In this document: one piece after another, positions 19,526 through 29,967 of the stretch | Layout: each line of letters begins with the position of its first letter | Position numbering within the stretch: position 1 is the first letter of the stretch | NCBI GenBank assembly: GCA_020344555.1 | Contig: CP070827.1 | Location: 4,191,419 to 4,255,418 of the forward strand | Source: Phycisphaerales bacterium | GTDB taxonomy: Bacteria; Planctomycetota; Phycisphaerae; UBA1845 | Reading direction: 5' to 3' | DNA: 64,000 nt | The notes under the pieces: generated by a model | The model's input: only the letters and a program-made list of their open reading frames with translations | Told to the model about the DNA's origin: nothing | Database searches by the model: none | Made by a program: the position numbers and the translations under genes

Positions 19526-20410
19526 CTATCTCCCGTCGGTCAGCACATCCACCCCGGTATCGGTCACTGCCAACGTATGCTCAAAATGGGCGGCGTACTT
19601 GCGATCCCGTGTGATCACGACCCACCCGCTGTCGTCTCCGTAACCCACCAAGTGGGTGCCGAGATTCACCATCGGTTCAACGGCCAGCACCATCCTCGGC
19701 ACGAGCTCGAAATCCAACGGCTGTTGCTTGTCACTCCAATAGTTGGGAATCTTCGGCTCCTCATGCATCTCCCGTCCGATGCCATGACCCACGAAATCAC
19801 GTACCACCGACAGTTTTTCACTTTCCACCACGGCCTGAATCTTCCTGGCAACCTCACTCCACATACGACCGGGGCGAATCTCCCCAATCGCCGCCTCCAA
19901 CGCCGAGCGGGTCACATCGAGTAGGTGCTGCGTCTCGGTCGAGACGGTTCCGATGGCGATCGTCGTGGCCGAATCCCCGCAGTAGCCTGCCAGGCGAACA
20001 CCACAGTCAACGCTCAGGACGTCTCCTTCCGACAGGCGTCGATCGCCGGGGATCCCGTGAACGAGTTCTTCGTTGATGCTCGTGCACAGTGCCGCCGGAA
20101 AAGGGAACTTGGCTTGCGGATTCCGGACTCCCTTGAAAAGGGGGACCCCACCGGCCTGGCGGATCAACTCCTCGGCTGCGGCGTTCAACTCGGCCGTTGG
20201 AACGCCTGGTCCGGCAAGCTCCCGGGTCTGCTTGAGCACCCGATGCACGACCCGGCCGGCTGCACGGATCAGCTCGATCTCTCGAGCGCTTTTCAAAATG
20301 ATCCCGCCGGCTCGTGTCACGCGTGGTGCTCTGTCTGGACGCCCCGGTCGCCGTGATCGTAACATCCTGTTGGCGTCGTACTCCCTGTCGAACAACACTT
20401 CACCATCCAC
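19526..20410 (-). CDS. map: Type I methionine aminopeptidase (start codon uncertain)
   Basis: SAREIELIRAAGRV...VDCGVRLAGYCGDSA...VGHGIGREMHE...LAVEPM...FEHT are the metal-ligand motifs. Confidence 0.9.
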   Translation of the reverse strand: MDGEVLFDREYDANRMLRSRRPGRPDRAPRVTRAGGIILKSAREIELIRAAGRVVHRVLKQTRELAGPGVPTAELNAAAEELIRQAGGVPLFKGVRNPQAKFPFPAALCTSINEELVHGIPGDRRLSEGDVLSVDCGVRLAGYCGDSATTIAIGTVSTETQHLLDVTRSALEAAIGEIRPGRMWSEVARKIQAVVESEKLSVVRDFVGHGIGREMHEEPKIPNYWSDKQQPLDFELVPRMVLAVEPMVNLGTHLVGYGDDSGWVVITRDRKYAAHFEHTLAVTDTGVDVLTDGR

Positions 20411-20437
20411 CGGTAGCTACCGGGTAACCGGCCCATA

Positions 20438-21805
20438 TCAGCCGCGTGAACCTTTGATGGGCCCCTCGGTACCGAGAAAGCCCCTATAGTTACGCATGAT
20501 CAGATTGGCTTCGATCCGCTGCACCAGGTCCAAGGTCACGCTGACCACGATCAGAAGCCCGGTCCCACCCAGGAAGGCCGACACCATGAATGGAATCTGC
20601 AGGGACTGAGCCACCAGCGTGGGGATGATCGCGATGATCGCCAGAAACCCTGCACCCACATAGGTGATGCGGCCCATCACTCTCTCCAGATAGTCCGCCG
20701 TTCGCTTACCCGGCCGCAGGCCCGGGATAAAGCTCCCGTAGTCTCTCAGGTTGTTGGCCATCTCCTTGGGACGAAACTGCACGGTCGTCCAGAAGTAGGC
20801 GAAAAAGTATATGGCGGCGACGTACGTCATAATGTAGATATACTCGCCCGAACGAAACGCCGTGTTCCAGAAATCCCAAAACCGGTTCGGCCAGTAATTG
20901 TACACGGCGCCGAAAATGATTCCGGGGAATATGAGCATTGAGCTTGCAAAGATGATCGGCATCACGCCGCCATGGTTGACGCGCAGCGGGAGGTAATGCC
21001 GCTGGCCGCCGTAAACCCGGCGCCCGCGGGTCTGCTTGGCCTGCTGGATTGGAATTCGTCGCTGAGCTTGAGTGATTACTATCGCACCGGCGACGACGAT
21101 GACAAACAACACCACCAATAACGCAATCTTCGGGACGTCAATCTCGCCGGCCTCAGCCGTGCCCTTCAGGCTCAGGTGTCGCCAGACATAGATGCCGGCA
21201 CCCGGCATCTGCGCTACGATCCCGGCCATGATGATCAACGAGATGCCGTTCCCGATTCCGTATTCATCGATCTGCTCACCCAACCACATCAAAAACACCG
21301 TTCCGGTGGTCAGGATGGTCAGTGACATCACCATGTAGCCAAACGACATACCCAGGAACCGGCCGGTGTAGTGCGGGAAGATGAGCCCTTGAGCGGCCAG
21401 GTACCTCATCCAGACCGCGGCGTTAATCACACACAGCCCCACCGTGGCATAGCGCGTGTATTCCTGGATCTTCCTGCGTCCGGTTTCACCCTCCTGCTGG
21501 AGCTTCTCCAACGCCGGAACGACGGTGACTAGGAGCTGGAAGATAATCGAGGCCGAGATGTATGGCATGATACCCAGCCCGAAGATCGTGCTCTGCCGCA
21601 AGTTGCCACCGGTAAACAGTTGGAAATAGTCGAAGAGATCGCCCAGTCCGCCGCCGCCTCCGAAACCACGGGCCATCGTTTCCTGGTCCACACCGGGAAC
21701 CGGCACACCAAACCCGATCCGGTAGGTGGCCAACATCCCGAGCGTGAACAGCACCTTGTTCCGCAGTTCCGGAATCTTGAATATGTTCAAAAACGTTCCG
21801 AACAT
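20438..21805 (-). CDS. secY: Preprotein translocase SecY
   Basis: 455 aa, multi-TM, starting MFGTFLNIFKIPELRNKVLFTLGMLATYRIG. Confidence 0.95.
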   Translation of the reverse strand: MFGTFLNIFKIPELRNKVLFTLGMLATYRIGFGVPVPGVDQETMARGFGGGGGLGDLFDYFQLFTGGNLRQSTIFGLGIMPYISASIIFQLLVTVVPALEKLQQEGETGRRKIQEYTRYATVGLCVINAAVWMRYLAAQGLIFPHYTGRFLGMSFGYMVMSLTILTTGTVFLMWLGEQIDEYGIGNGISLIIMAGIVAQMPGAGIYVWRHLSLKGTAEAGEIDVPKIALLVVLFVIVVAGAIVITQAQRRIPIQQAKQTRGRRVYGGQRHYLPLRVNHGGVMPIIFASSMLIFPGIIFGAVYNYWPNRFWDFWNTAFRSGEYIYIMTYVAAIYFFAYFWTTVQFRPKEMANNLRDYGSFIPGLRPGKRTADYLERVMGRITYVGAGFLAIIAIIPTLVAQSLQIPFMVSAFLGGTGLLIVVSVTLDLVQRIEANLIMRNYRGFLGTEGPIKGSRG

Positions 21806-21864
21806 ACCTTGTCAATCAGTCCTTGAGGCCCTTTCATCCTTGGGCGCGCGTTGCTGCACAGGTG

Positions 21865-22314
21865 TCACTGGACGATCCTGGTTTCTCCACCGGCTGCTTG
21901 AATCTTCTCCATCGCCGAGCTGCTGAACTTGGCCGCGTCCACGATCAGCTTCGTTGCCAGCGTCCCGTCTCCCAACACTTTCACGGGGTAGCGCAGGTGG
22001 CGTACCAAGCCCGCCTTTAGAAGAGCCTGAGGTGTCACATGAGCGCCGGGTTCAAAGCGCGACTCCAGCAGACCGACATTGACGATGTTATATCGTGTTG
22101 TAAACCTGGCGTTGCTGAAGCCTCGCTTGGGCATCCGCCGGAATGTCGGCATCTGCCCGCCTTCCTGCATCCCCCGCTGGCGCCAGCCTGAGCGCTGGCC
22201 TGCGCCTTTATTCCCACGACCGCAGGTTTTGCCGTGTCCGGAGCCGCGACCACGCCCCACACGCTTGCGGCGCCGGTCTCTGCCGGCGAGCCTGGTTATT
22301 TCTGCAATCTTCAT
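21865..22314 (-). CDS. rplO: 50S ribosomal protein L15
   Basis: RRKRVGRGRGSGHGKTCGRGNKG. Confidence 0.95.
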   Translation of the reverse strand: MKIAEITRLAGRDRRRKRVGRGRGSGHGKTCGRGNKGAGQRSGWRQRGMQEGGQMPTFRRMPKRGFSNARFTTRYNIVNVGLLESRFEPGAHVTPQALLKAGLVRHLRYPVKVLGDGTLATKLIVDAAKFSSSAMEKIQAAGGETRIVQ

Positions 22315-22323
22315 CGTCGCACG

Positions 22324-22857
22324 CTACCCGACGAGTCTAACCCCGCGAAGTTGCTCCACTTCCTCACGCCCGACCAACTGCAACAGGCCGTTGAAAGTCG
22401 CATACACCAGATTCCGCGGTGTATTCGATCCGTAGCTCTTGGTGAGCACATCATGGACACCGGCCAGCTCCAGCACGGCCCGGACGCTGGCGCCGGCAAT
22501 GACACCCGTTCCCGGCCCCGCCGGAACCATCACAACGCGACTTGCCCCGTACCGCCCCACGATCCGGTGGGGCAAGGTACCCTTGACCAACTTGACGGGC
22601 TTCATGTCCTGGGTTGCGTTCTTCCGGCCTTTCTCCACTGCGGAGGGTACCTCCGCCGACTTACCATACCCGACACCGACGTTGCCGTTTCGGTCACCGA
22701 CGACCACCAGGGCACCGAAGCTAAACCGGCGACCCCCCCGGACCACTGCAGCGCAGCGGCTGATCTTCACCACGACCTCATCAAGGGTCTTCTCTTCCGT
22801 TTCAAAGAAACCTTGCCGTTGGGTCACTGCTGTCGTCGCCACGTTTTGTTCCGCCAA
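22324..22857 (-). CDS. rpsE: 30S ribosomal protein S5
   Basis: RGGRRFSFGALVVVGDRNGNVGVGYGKSAEVPSAVEKG. Confidence 0.95.
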   Translation of the reverse strand: MAEQNVATTAVTQRQGFFETEEKTLDEVVVKISRCAAVVRGGRRFSFGALVVVGDRNGNVGVGYGKSAEVPSAVEKGRKNATQDMKPVKLVKGTLPHRIVGRYGASRVVMVPAGPGTGVIAGASVRAVLELAGVHDVLTKSYGSNTPRNLVYATFNGLLQLVGREEVEQLRGVRLVG

Positions 22858-22888
22858 ACAGGTACGCCTTGGTGCGCACTCCTACGAG

Positions 22889-23257
22889 CTAGAATTTCAG
22901 GCCCGCTTCGCGTGCTGCGTCCGCCAGGCCTTTTATACGACCGCCAAATCGGTAGCCATTACGGTCGAAACGGACCTCCTCGATACTCTTGGCCTTGGCT
23001 CGCTCGGCCAGCACTGCCCCGACTATCTTAGCGGCGGCAACGTTGCCACCCGCTTGGATCCGGTCTCGAAGGTCCTTATCTCGCGTGCTGGCCTGACAGA
23101 GCGTCACGCCGAGATCATCATCGATGATCTGGGCGTAAACATGTTTGAGGCTCCGAAACACGGTCAGCCGCGGCTGTCCGCCGGTCCCACGGACGCGTTT
23201 GCGAATCCCGCGCTTACGTCGGGAGCGTCTCACAACCTTGCTATTCTGTGAACTCAT
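22889..23257 (-). CDS. rplR: 50S ribosomal protein L18 (alternative ATG at 23293)
   Basis: RRKRGIRKRVRGTGGQPRLTVFRSLKHVYAQIID. Confidence 0.9.
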   Translation of the reverse strand: MSSQNSKVVRRSRRKRGIRKRVRGTGGQPRLTVFRSLKHVYAQIIDDDLGVTLCQASTRDKDLRDRIQAGGNVAAAKIVGAVLAERAKAKSIEEVRFDRNGYRFGGRIKGLADAAREAGLKF

Positions 23258-23304
23258 CGCCCGTGAACCCTGCCACACCTCGGAGGAAAACATACCATCG
23301 CCGG

Positions 23305-23901
23305 CTACCCGGTACTGGTCAGCGCTTTACCCTGTTTGCGGCGGACGTGCTCGTCCTCGTACCGGACACCCTTGCCCTTGTAAGGCTCTGTCCTACGCAA
23401 CGCCCGAACCTCAGCCGCAAACTGCCCGACTTTCTGCTTCTCGAAGCCGCGGATCACCATCGAGGCAGGTTCACTGTCTCCGCGAGCCGCATCACGCTCC
23501 ACAACGACTTCCAGACCATCGGGCACGGGAAGCTCAAACTGGGAGACCCGACCCTGACTACGACCGGAGTACCCGACGTTCAAGCACAAGGTCCTGCCTT
23601 GGAGCTTGCAGTTGTAGCCGGTGCCGTAGACCAGGAGTCGCTTTGAGAACCCTTCAGAGACCCCCTTGACCATGTTATTGATCAGTGCCCGGGTCAATCC
23701 GTGGTTTGCACGACTGCGTTTGGAGTCGTCCGTGCGGGTGATCTGCACGGATCTGGAGGCCTCGTCATACGCGACTTCGGCGGTTGCCGGATATACCCAG
23801 CGGGAGGATCCCTTAGGTCCCGACACGGTGATCTCCCGGTCTCTCACCTTCACGCTGACCCCGGAAGGCACGGGAACAGGCTTTTTGCCGATTCGAGACA
23901 T
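23305..23901 (-). CDS. rplF: 50S ribosomal protein L6
   Basis: MSRIGKKPVPVPSGVSVKV. Confidence 0.95.
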   Translation of the reverse strand: MSRIGKKPVPVPSGVSVKVRDREITVSGPKGSSRWVYPATAEVAYDEASRSVQITRTDDSKRSRANHGLTRALINNMVKGVSEGFSKRLLVYGTGYNCKLQGRTLCLNVGYSGRSQGRVSQFELPVPDGLEVVVERDAARGDSEPASMVIRGFEKQKVGQFAAEVRALRRTEPYKGKGVRYEDEHVRRKQGKALTSTG

Positions 23902-23971
23902 CGTACTTCCTTCAATCCATCACCGCGTTCCGGGGATCTTAGCGCCTGAGCAGAGCATCAGCGTCGCTGAC

Positions 23972-24367
23972 CTAGTACACACGGCAGAGCACCTCTCCAC
24001 CTACCTTTTGCTCGCGACAGGACCGGTCGCTGAGCACACCCTTGTTAGTGGAAACGATTGCGATCCCCAGCCCATCGAGCACCCGTGGCAAGTCGGCAAT
24101 CCTACTATACTCTCGCCGCCCCACCTTCGAGACGCGCTGAATATCGTGAAGCACGTCTTCACCTCGGGGGCCGTATTTCAGGTCGATCCGCAGGATGCCC
24201 TGTTTCCCATCTTCAATGACATCAAAATCGTTGATATACCCTTCTTCCCTAAGTACCCGCACGATGCCCACCTTCAACGTGGAGGCGGGCACCTTCACCT
24301 GTTTGTGCCGCACACGCACGGCGTTGCGGATCCGAGTCAGTAAATCAGCAATCGGATCAGACCACAT
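23972..24367 (-). CDS. rpsH: 30S ribosomal protein S8
   Basis: MWSDPIADLLTRIRNA, from the ATG at 24367. Confidence 0.95.
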   Translation of the reverse strand: MWSDPIADLLTRIRNAVRVRHKQVKVPASTLKVGIVRVLREEGYINDFDVIEDGKQGILRIDLKYGPRGEDVLHDIQRVSKVGRREYSRIADLPRVLDGLGIAIVSTNKGVLSDRSCREQKVGGEVLCRVY

Positions 24368-24420
24368 TGTCTCAACACTCCGCACTGCCCGAGCCGGGTA
24401 CGGATAGACCTTGGATGTTA

Positions 24421-24609
24421 CTACCAGCTCGCCTTACGCACACCGGGGATCAATCCTTCGTGGGCCAGACTTCGGAAGCAGATCCGGCAAATGTTAAATT
24501 TGCGGTAGACCGCCCGCACTCGGCCGCATAGCTTACATCGGCGCACCCGCCGCGTCATGAACTTAGGTTCTTTTCTCGCTTTTTCGATCCAAGCCTTCGT
24601 TGCCATCAA
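24421..24609 (-). CDS. rpsN: 30S ribosomal protein S14, short zinc-binding type
   Basis: 61-62 aa with CKLCGR...CRIC. Its start overlaps the rplE stop. Confidence 0.95.
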   Translation of the reverse strand: MMATKAWIEKARKEPKFMTRRVRRCKLCGRVRAVYRKFNICRICFRSLAHEGLIPGVRKASW

Positions 24610-25163
24610 GCTGCCTGCTCTTCGGTCCTCCTGAGCGGCATGCCCAACCGCATCAGAAGCTCCCGGGCATCCGAATCGTTTTCCGCGGTTGTCACGAAGG
24701 TGATGTTCATTCCCTGATTGTAGGTCACCTTCGCCAAGTCAATCTCCGCGAAAATGGACTGATCGGGTATTCCCAGTGAATAGTTCCCTCGACCATCGAA
24801 GCTCCTGGGGTTTAGGCCGCGAAAATCACGGAGACGCGGAATGGCCGCGTTGACCAGCCGGTCCACGAACTCGTACATCCGCTTGCCGCGCAACGTAACG
24901 CGACAGCCTATCTCATACCCCTTACGTATCTTGAAGTTCGACACCGAGCGGCGAGCACGCCGCATCTGAGCCTTTTGTCCGGTGATCCTGGTCAAGTCCT
25001 CGGCGATGGCAGGCAACCGATTCTTGTCTTGCGTCGGTGAACACGTCCCCATCGAGACCACCACCTTCTCGAGGCGCGGCACCGCCATGAGGTTCTGAAT
25101 CTCGAGAACCCTCATCAACTCGGGCACAATCTCCTGTTTGTAGCGATCCAACAGCCTGGCCAT
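24606..25163 (-). CDS. rplE: 50S ribosomal protein L5
   Basis: [17 protein letters not shown]...[13 protein letters not shown]. Confidence 0.95.
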   Translation of the reverse strand: MARLLDRYKQEIVPELMRVLEIQNLMAVPRLEKVVVSMGTCSPTQDKNRLPAIAEDLTRITGQKAQMRRARRSVSNFKIRKGYEIGCRVTLRGKRMYEFVDRLVNAAIPRLRDFRGLNPRSFDGRGNYSLGIPDQSIFAEIDLAKVTYNQGMNITFVTTAENDSDARELLMRLGMPLRRTEEQAA

Positions 25164-25196
25164 AGGCCATTACTCCGATAACCGGCCCGGTCTCGT

Positions 25197-25562
25197 CTAC
25201 CTCACCACACGCTCCGCCCGCGTCAACGTATGCAATAACGTACCCGTGGTGCTGACTCGGCGTTTCGTGGCCACCTTACCTTCCTTGTCGTGTTCCACCT
25301 TGAAGTGGACGCGCCGACCCTTGCCTGAGCCGGAATCATAAGGCAGCACGTTGGAGAGGTGGATCGTTGCCTCCTTCTGCAAGCGACCTCCCTGCGGATT
25401 CCTTCGCGTGGGCCGGACATGGCGGTACGCCATGTTCACGCCTTCCACCACCACCGACCCGCGCTTCGGGTTGATTCGAAGAACCTTCCCCCGGGCTCCA
25501 CGGTGATCGCCGGAGACCACCTCAACGATATCGTTTTTCCGAATATGCACCGCCATTAGCAT
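25197..25562 (-). CDS. rplX: 50S ribosomal protein L24
   Basis: [27 protein letters not shown] is a KOW motif. GAGG lies upstream of ATG 25562. Confidence 0.9.
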   Translation of the reverse strand: MLMAVHIRKNDIVEVVSGDHRGARGKVLRINPKRGSVVVEGVNMAYRHVRPTRRNPQGGRLQKEATIHLSNVLPYDSGSGKGRRVHFKVEHDKEGKVATKRRVSTTGTLLHTLTRAERVVR

Positions 25563-25632
25563 GCCCCTCTCACGACACCCGCCCGGCCTCGGCCAAGGAG
25601 GTTCTGCAACCACATAGGATACGCCTGGTCCG

Positions 25633-26049
25633 TCAGACCACCTCTTCCGCAAGCGAAACAATCTTCATAAAGTTCTTTTCACGGAGTTCCCGGGCCACGG
25701 GGCCGAAGATGCGCGTCCCGCGCGGCTCGTCCTTCTCGTCGAGCAGGACCACGGCGTTGCTGTCAAACCGCACGTAGCTGCCGTCGGACCGACGGGTCGG
25801 GGCCTTCATCCGGACCACAACCGCCTTGGCCTTTCGCCGCTTGGATCTTTCCTTGCGGTCGGACCCGCCGGAGAACTCACTATTGGGCAACGATTTCTTC
25901 ACCGTCACCAGCACGATATCACCAATCTTTGCCGTCTTCAGACGCTTCTTACCTCGGCGGGCAGTACTGCCTTTATAGACGGTCACCACCATCGCCGACC
26001 TCGCGCCGGTGTTGTCGCACACATCCACCATAGTCTGCATCTGAATCAT
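25633..26049 (-). CDS. rplN: 50S ribosomal protein L14 with an internal basic insertion
   Basis: [16 protein letters not shown]...AVVVRMKAP...IFGPVAREL. An extra segment reads [17 protein letters not shown]. Confidence 0.95.
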   Translation of the reverse strand: MIQMQTMVDVCDNTGARSAMVVTVYKGSTARRGKKRLKTAKIGDIVLVTVKKSLPNSEFSGGSDRKERSKRRKAKAVVVRMKAPTRRSDGSYVRFDSNAVVLLDEKDEPRGTRIFGPVARELREKNFMKIVSLAEEVV

Positions 26050-26114
26050 CGTGCGAAACCTACGCCATTGCCGGACGACAGCCGTTGCGTCGCCGCCGGA
26101 GATTCAGCTCCCTC

Positions 26115-26405
26115 TCAAGAGGCCGACCGGATAATCCGGGTCAGCCGCCAACACTTCGTCTTGGACATCCGTCGGCAAGCCATCACCTCGACGACATCCC
26201 CCGCGCTCGCCTCGTTCTTTTCATCGTGCGTGTGGAGGGTCGTGGAGCGCCTGTAGTATTTACCGTACTTGGGGTGCTTGACGGTATACTCGAAGCGTAC
26301 CCTAATGGTCTTGTTGCTCTTGCCGGACAATACCGTCCCCACACGACATTCGCGTTTGCCGCGCTTCGCCGACTGAACGTTCGGTTCACCCACCGCGTTG
26401 GCCAT
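26115..26405 (-). CDS. rpsQ: 30S ribosomal protein S17
   Basis: VGTVLSGKSNKTIRVRFEYTVKHPKYGKYY. Confidence 0.95.
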   Translation of the reverse strand: MANAVGEPNVQSAKRGKRECRVGTVLSGKSNKTIRVRFEYTVKHPKYGKYYRRSTTLHTHDEKNEASAGDVVEVMACRRMSKTKCWRLTRIIRSAS

Positions 26406-26457
26406 AGGTCCAAGTTTTCCTTATTGCGACCCCGCAAGGCGCCTGCCGCGGTCGCGT

Positions 26458-26706
26458 CTAACCACCCCCACGGTGCGTCGCCACCGACTCGAGGTGGTAT
26501 TGCTTCTGTTCAATACCGGTTTCGCCCCGTTCGCCCAGCACTGTCAACACCCGGGCGATGTCCTTTCGTGTTTCCTGCAACTGGTGAGGGTTCTCCAGCT
26601 TTTCGGTAACAGCTTGGGATCGCAGGTCGAACAAGTGCCGACGCAGCCGATCCAGCTCGGCATAAAGTTCAGCCGTCTTCATCTCTCGGAATTCGCCTGT
26701 CTTCAT
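26458..26706 (-). CDS. rpmC: 50S ribosomal protein L29
   Basis: MKTGEFREMKTAELYAELDRLRRHLFDLR. Confidence 0.9.
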   Translation of the reverse strand: MKTGEFREMKTAELYAELDRLRRHLFDLRSQAVTEKLENPHQLQETRKDIARVLTVLGERGETGIEQKQYHLESVATHRGGG

Positions 26707-26728
26707 GATGCCGAAGCTTCCCCGGTTG

Positions 26729-27148
26729 CTACAGGCCGTGGCGCCGCTTAACAAAGCGACACGGATAGGGCATTTTATGGGCCACACGCATCAATGCCGC
26801 CCGGGCGATGTCCTCTTCGACGCCCCCGATCTCCAATAGCACAGTCCCCGGTCGAACACGTGCAACCCAGTACTCTGGATCGCCCTTACCTTTTCCCATC
26901 CGCGTCTCGAGCGGCTTGGAGGATACAGGCTTGCGCGGGAAAACCCGCAGGTAGACCCGCCCTTCACGGTGCAAAAAGTGGGTCGCCGCCACGCGACCGG
27001 CCTCGATCTGACGGGCCGTGATCCAGCCCGTCCCCAAGCATTGCAGGGCGTATTCCCCGAACGCCACCGTGTTGCCCCGAGCGGCCACGCCGCGGATTCT
27101 GCCGCGCTGGCTCTTCCGCCACTTGACTCGCTTGGGCATCATTGCCAT
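26729..27148 (-). CDS. rplP: 50S ribosomal protein L16 (start at 27148, 27142 or 27139)
   Basis: MMPKRVKWRKSQRGRIRG. Confidence 0.95.
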   Translation of the reverse strand: MAMMPKRVKWRKSQRGRIRGVAARGNTVAFGEYALQCLGTGWITARQIEAGRVAATHFLHREGRVYLRVFPRKPVSSKPLETRMGKGKGDPEYWVARVRPGTVLLEIGGVEEDIARAALMRVAHKMPYPCRFVKRRHGL

Positions 27149-27196
27149 CAGACTGTCTCTCTGTTCACGCCCCCACAGGGGCTGAGACACAACAAC

Positions 27197-27901
27197 CTAT
27201 CCGCGCTTGCCGCGCCGCTCGCGGCCACGACCACGGGCCGGCTGCTCCTCGAGCATTGCTTCTTCACCGTACCTCCCGTGGTACAGCCACACCTTCACGC
27301 CGACCGTGCCGTAGGTCGTCCGGCAAGTGGCCACTCCGTATTCCACGTGGGCCTGGAGTGTGTGCAGCGGAATCGACCCGCGGATCTGCATCTCTCGCCG
27401 GGCCATTTCCGCGCCTCCCAATCGCCCCTTGCACAGGATCTTGACGCCCTTGGCACCACACGCCATCGCCGCGTCGGCCCGCATCTTCATCACCCGACGG
27501 AAACTGGCCCGCTTCTTGAGCTGCTCCGAGATCGACTCGGCAATGAGTTTGGCGTTTCCATCGGGCACTTTGATCTCAACGATGTTGAGATTGATCTTGC
27601 GGTCCACCAGGTCTTCCAACTCCTCCTTGAGCTTGTCGACCTCAGCCCCCTTGGGACCGATCACCAGACCCGGTCGGGCCGTGTGCAATAACACCTTCAC
27701 CTCGTTGCGCGTGCGCTCGATCTCCACCTTGGCCACGGCGGCGTAGGGCGGCTGCCTGTTGAGCTTGCCGTCGATGTAGTCGCGGATCTTCTGGTCCTCG
27801 ATCAGAAACTCGGCAAACGCTGCCTTTGGGGCAAACCAGCGGGACCGCCATTCTTCGGTAATTCCGATCCGAAAACCTGTTGGGTTGACTTTCTGCCCCA
27901 C
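27197..27901 (-). CDS. rpsC: 30S ribosomal protein S3 (GTG start)
   Basis: VGQKVNPTGFRIGITEEWRSRWFA. The longer ORF extending to 28063 overlaps rplV. Confidence 0.95.
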   Translation of the reverse strand: MGQKVNPTGFRIGITEEWRSRWFAPKAAFAEFLIEDQKIRDYIDGKLNRQPPYAAVAKVEIERTRNEVKVLLHTARPGLVIGPKGAEVDKLKEELEDLVDRKINLNIVEIKVPDGNAKLIAESISEQLKKRASFRRVMKMRADAAMACGAKGVKILCKGRLGGAEMARREMQIRGSIPLHTLQAHVEYGVATCRTTYGTVGVKVWLYHGRYGEEAMLEEQPARGRGRERRGKRG

Positions 27902-27947
27902 TGTGAACTCCCAGGGCCGCAGACAAGCGGGCTGCGGCATACTCGGC

Positions 27948-28289
27948 TCAGACCTCCGCCAGCGTGACGATAAGGTGGCTGGTCCTCTTGGCGATCGGGT
28001 GGGCCCGTCCGCGGTCCTTCGGGCGCCACCGCCGAAGGTAGGGCCCGCCGTCCACCCGTGCATCCCTGACGTACAGCCGCCGCATGTCCGCCTCTTGCTC
28101 GTCGGCGTTGGCCATCGCCGCCTTCAGTACTGCCTCGATCATGCGCGCACTGCGACGATGATTGAAGCGCAGCTGTTCGACGGCATCATCACAGCGATGA
28201 CCACGGATGGCGTCGATTACCAGCCTGGCCTTGCGAGGCGCAATCCGGGCGAATCGGTGCCTCGCCGTCCATGTTCGCTGCTCATCCAC
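27948..28289 (-). CDS. rplV: 50S ribosomal protein L22
   Basis: ARHRFARIAPRKARLVIDAIRG. Confidence 0.95.
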   Translation of the reverse strand: MDEQRTWTARHRFARIAPRKARLVIDAIRGHRCDDAVEQLRFNHRRSARMIEAVLKAAMANADEQEADMRRLYVRDARVDGGPYLRRWRPKDRGRAHPIAKRTSHLIVTLAEV

Positions 28290-28343
28290 CTTTGGCTATA
28301 TCCGCGTTCCAAGAGCGCCCAGCCGACCGAGGCCGCGCTCCAC

Positions 28344-28619
28344 CTAACGACCCTTCTTCTTACCGCCGGTATGCCCACGGAACGTACGCGTGGGGCTGAA
28401 CTCACCGAGCTTGTGCCCCACCATGTCCTCGGTGACGTACACGGGATGAAACATCTTCCCGTTGTGGACCTCGAAGCGATGCCCGACGAATTCCGGGACA
28501 ATGGTGCACCGCCGCGACCAAGTGCGGATGACTGCACTCGCCCCCGAGGCCTTCAGGGCCATCACCTTCCTGAAGAGCTTCTCGTCGACGTACGGTCCCT
28601 TCTTCTGCGATCGTGCCAT
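28344..28619 (-). CDS. rpsS: 30S ribosomal protein S19
   Basis: [19 protein letters not shown]...[23 protein letters not shown]. Confidence 0.95.
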   Translation of the reverse strand: MARSQKKGPYVDEKLFRKVMALKASGASAVIRTWSRRCTIVPEFVGHRFEVHNGKMFHPVYVTEDMVGHKLGEFSPTRTFRGHTGGKKKGR

Positions 28620-28715
28620 GCCGAGCGTATCCGGCAAATACCTTCCAGAGGCGTGTCCGCCCTCGTCTACGGCCGTGCCACGGCATCGCACCGCACACAG
28701 CCTTCCCATATACCG

Positions 28716-29582
28716 CTATCGTTTCGGCGACGGGAGCTGCCCGTACCGTTTGCTCTTGCGTCGCCGCAGAATGCGTCGGTTCGACGCCTTGTTCGGCGAC
28801 CTGGTCCGGGTACCCTTCGCCAGCTTTCCACTCGGACTGCAGGGGTGACGACCCCCACCGCTACGTCCTTCGCCTCCGCCCAGCGGGTGGGCCACCGGGT
28901 TGGTGGCTGTTCCGCGTGTCCGTGGTCGCCGTCCTCGATGTCTCATCCGACCGGCCTTACCCCAACGCAAGCTCTGGTGGTCAACATTGCCAACCTGGCC
29001 GATGGTTGCACGACACTCCGCCCGAACCTCGCGCATCTCACCTGAGGGCAGCACAATGATCGCCCATTTGCCCTCGCGAGACATCAACCGGGCCGAGCCC
29101 CCCGCGCTGCGAACGAGCCTGCCACCCTGTCCAACGTTCAGCTCGATGTTGTGAACGTTCATACCGGGCGGCATGTTCTTGAGCGGCATGGCATTTCCGA
29201 CCTTGGGCTCGACACCCGGACCGCTCTCGACCACATCGCCCACTCCAAGACCCAACGGGGCGAGAATGTAGCGTTTCTCCCCATCCTCGTACTCGACGAG
29301 GGCGATGTGGCACGACCGGTTGGGATCGTATTCAATCGCCTTGACCGAAGCAACCACGCCGTCCTTGTTCCGCTTGAAGTCGATCCGACGGTAGATGCGA
29401 CGTGCCCCGCCGCCACGGTGACGTGCCGTAATCCGCCCGTGGTGATTGCGGCCACTAGGCTTGGGCAGCCGCTCACACAGCGACTTCTCCGGACGCTTCT
29501 TCTTGTCGGTCAACTCGGAGAAGTCGTTCACCGTGGACGCCCGTCGTCCTGGTGAAGTCGGTTTGTGAGCAACAATGCCCAT
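28716..29582 (-). CDS. rplB: 50S ribosomal protein L2
   Basis: [16 protein letters not shown]...[10 protein letters not shown]. Confidence 0.95.
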   Translation of the reverse strand: MGIVAHKPTSPGRRASTVNDFSELTDKKKRPEKSLCERLPKPSGRNHHGRITARHRGGGARRIYRRIDFKRNKDGVVASVKAIEYDPNRSCHIALVEYEDGEKRYILAPLGLGVGDVVESGPGVEPKVGNAMPLKNMPPGMNVHNIELNVGQGGRLVRSAGGSARLMSREGKWAIIVLPSGEMREVRAECRATIGQVGNVDHQSLRWGKAGRMRHRGRRPRTRGTATNPVAHPLGGGEGRSGGGRHPCSPSGKLAKGTRTRSPNKASNRRILRRRKSKRYGQLPSPKR

Positions 29583-29646
29583 TAGAATCCAGCTCGCAAT
29601 AATAGTCGTCGCCGGTTGCGCCTACGGCGGTAACCGGTGAGATCCG

Positions 29647-29958
29647 TCAGAACAAGTCAATGTGGTAGTCCGCGTTCAGGACCACCACCGCCTTCTTCCA
29701 ATCGGCGGTCTTGCCGGTTTTGTACCGCACCCGGCGGGTCTTGCCCGTGCGCCGGGCGGTGCGGACCGATTGGACCTTCACGTTGTAGATCTTCTCGATA
29801 GCCTGCTTGATGACCGGCTTCGATGCCTCCGCGTGCACCTCAAAGGCGTAAGCGCCACCGCGAGCACGTCTGTGCCTGGTGGCCTCATGCGACTGCTGTG
29901 ACTGGTGTGTGCCCTTCTCAGTCACCAGCGGACGCTTGATTACGTGGTAAATATCCAT
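29647..29958 (-). CDS. rplW: 50S ribosomal protein L23
   Basis: MDIYHVIKRPLVTEKG. Confidence 0.95.
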   Translation of the reverse strand: MDIYHVIKRPLVTEKGTHQSQQSHEATRHRRARGGAYAFEVHAEASKPVIKQAIEKIYNVKVQSVRTARRTGKTRRVRYKTGKTADWKKAVVVLNADYHIDLF

Positions 29959-29967
29959 AGTGGCCGT

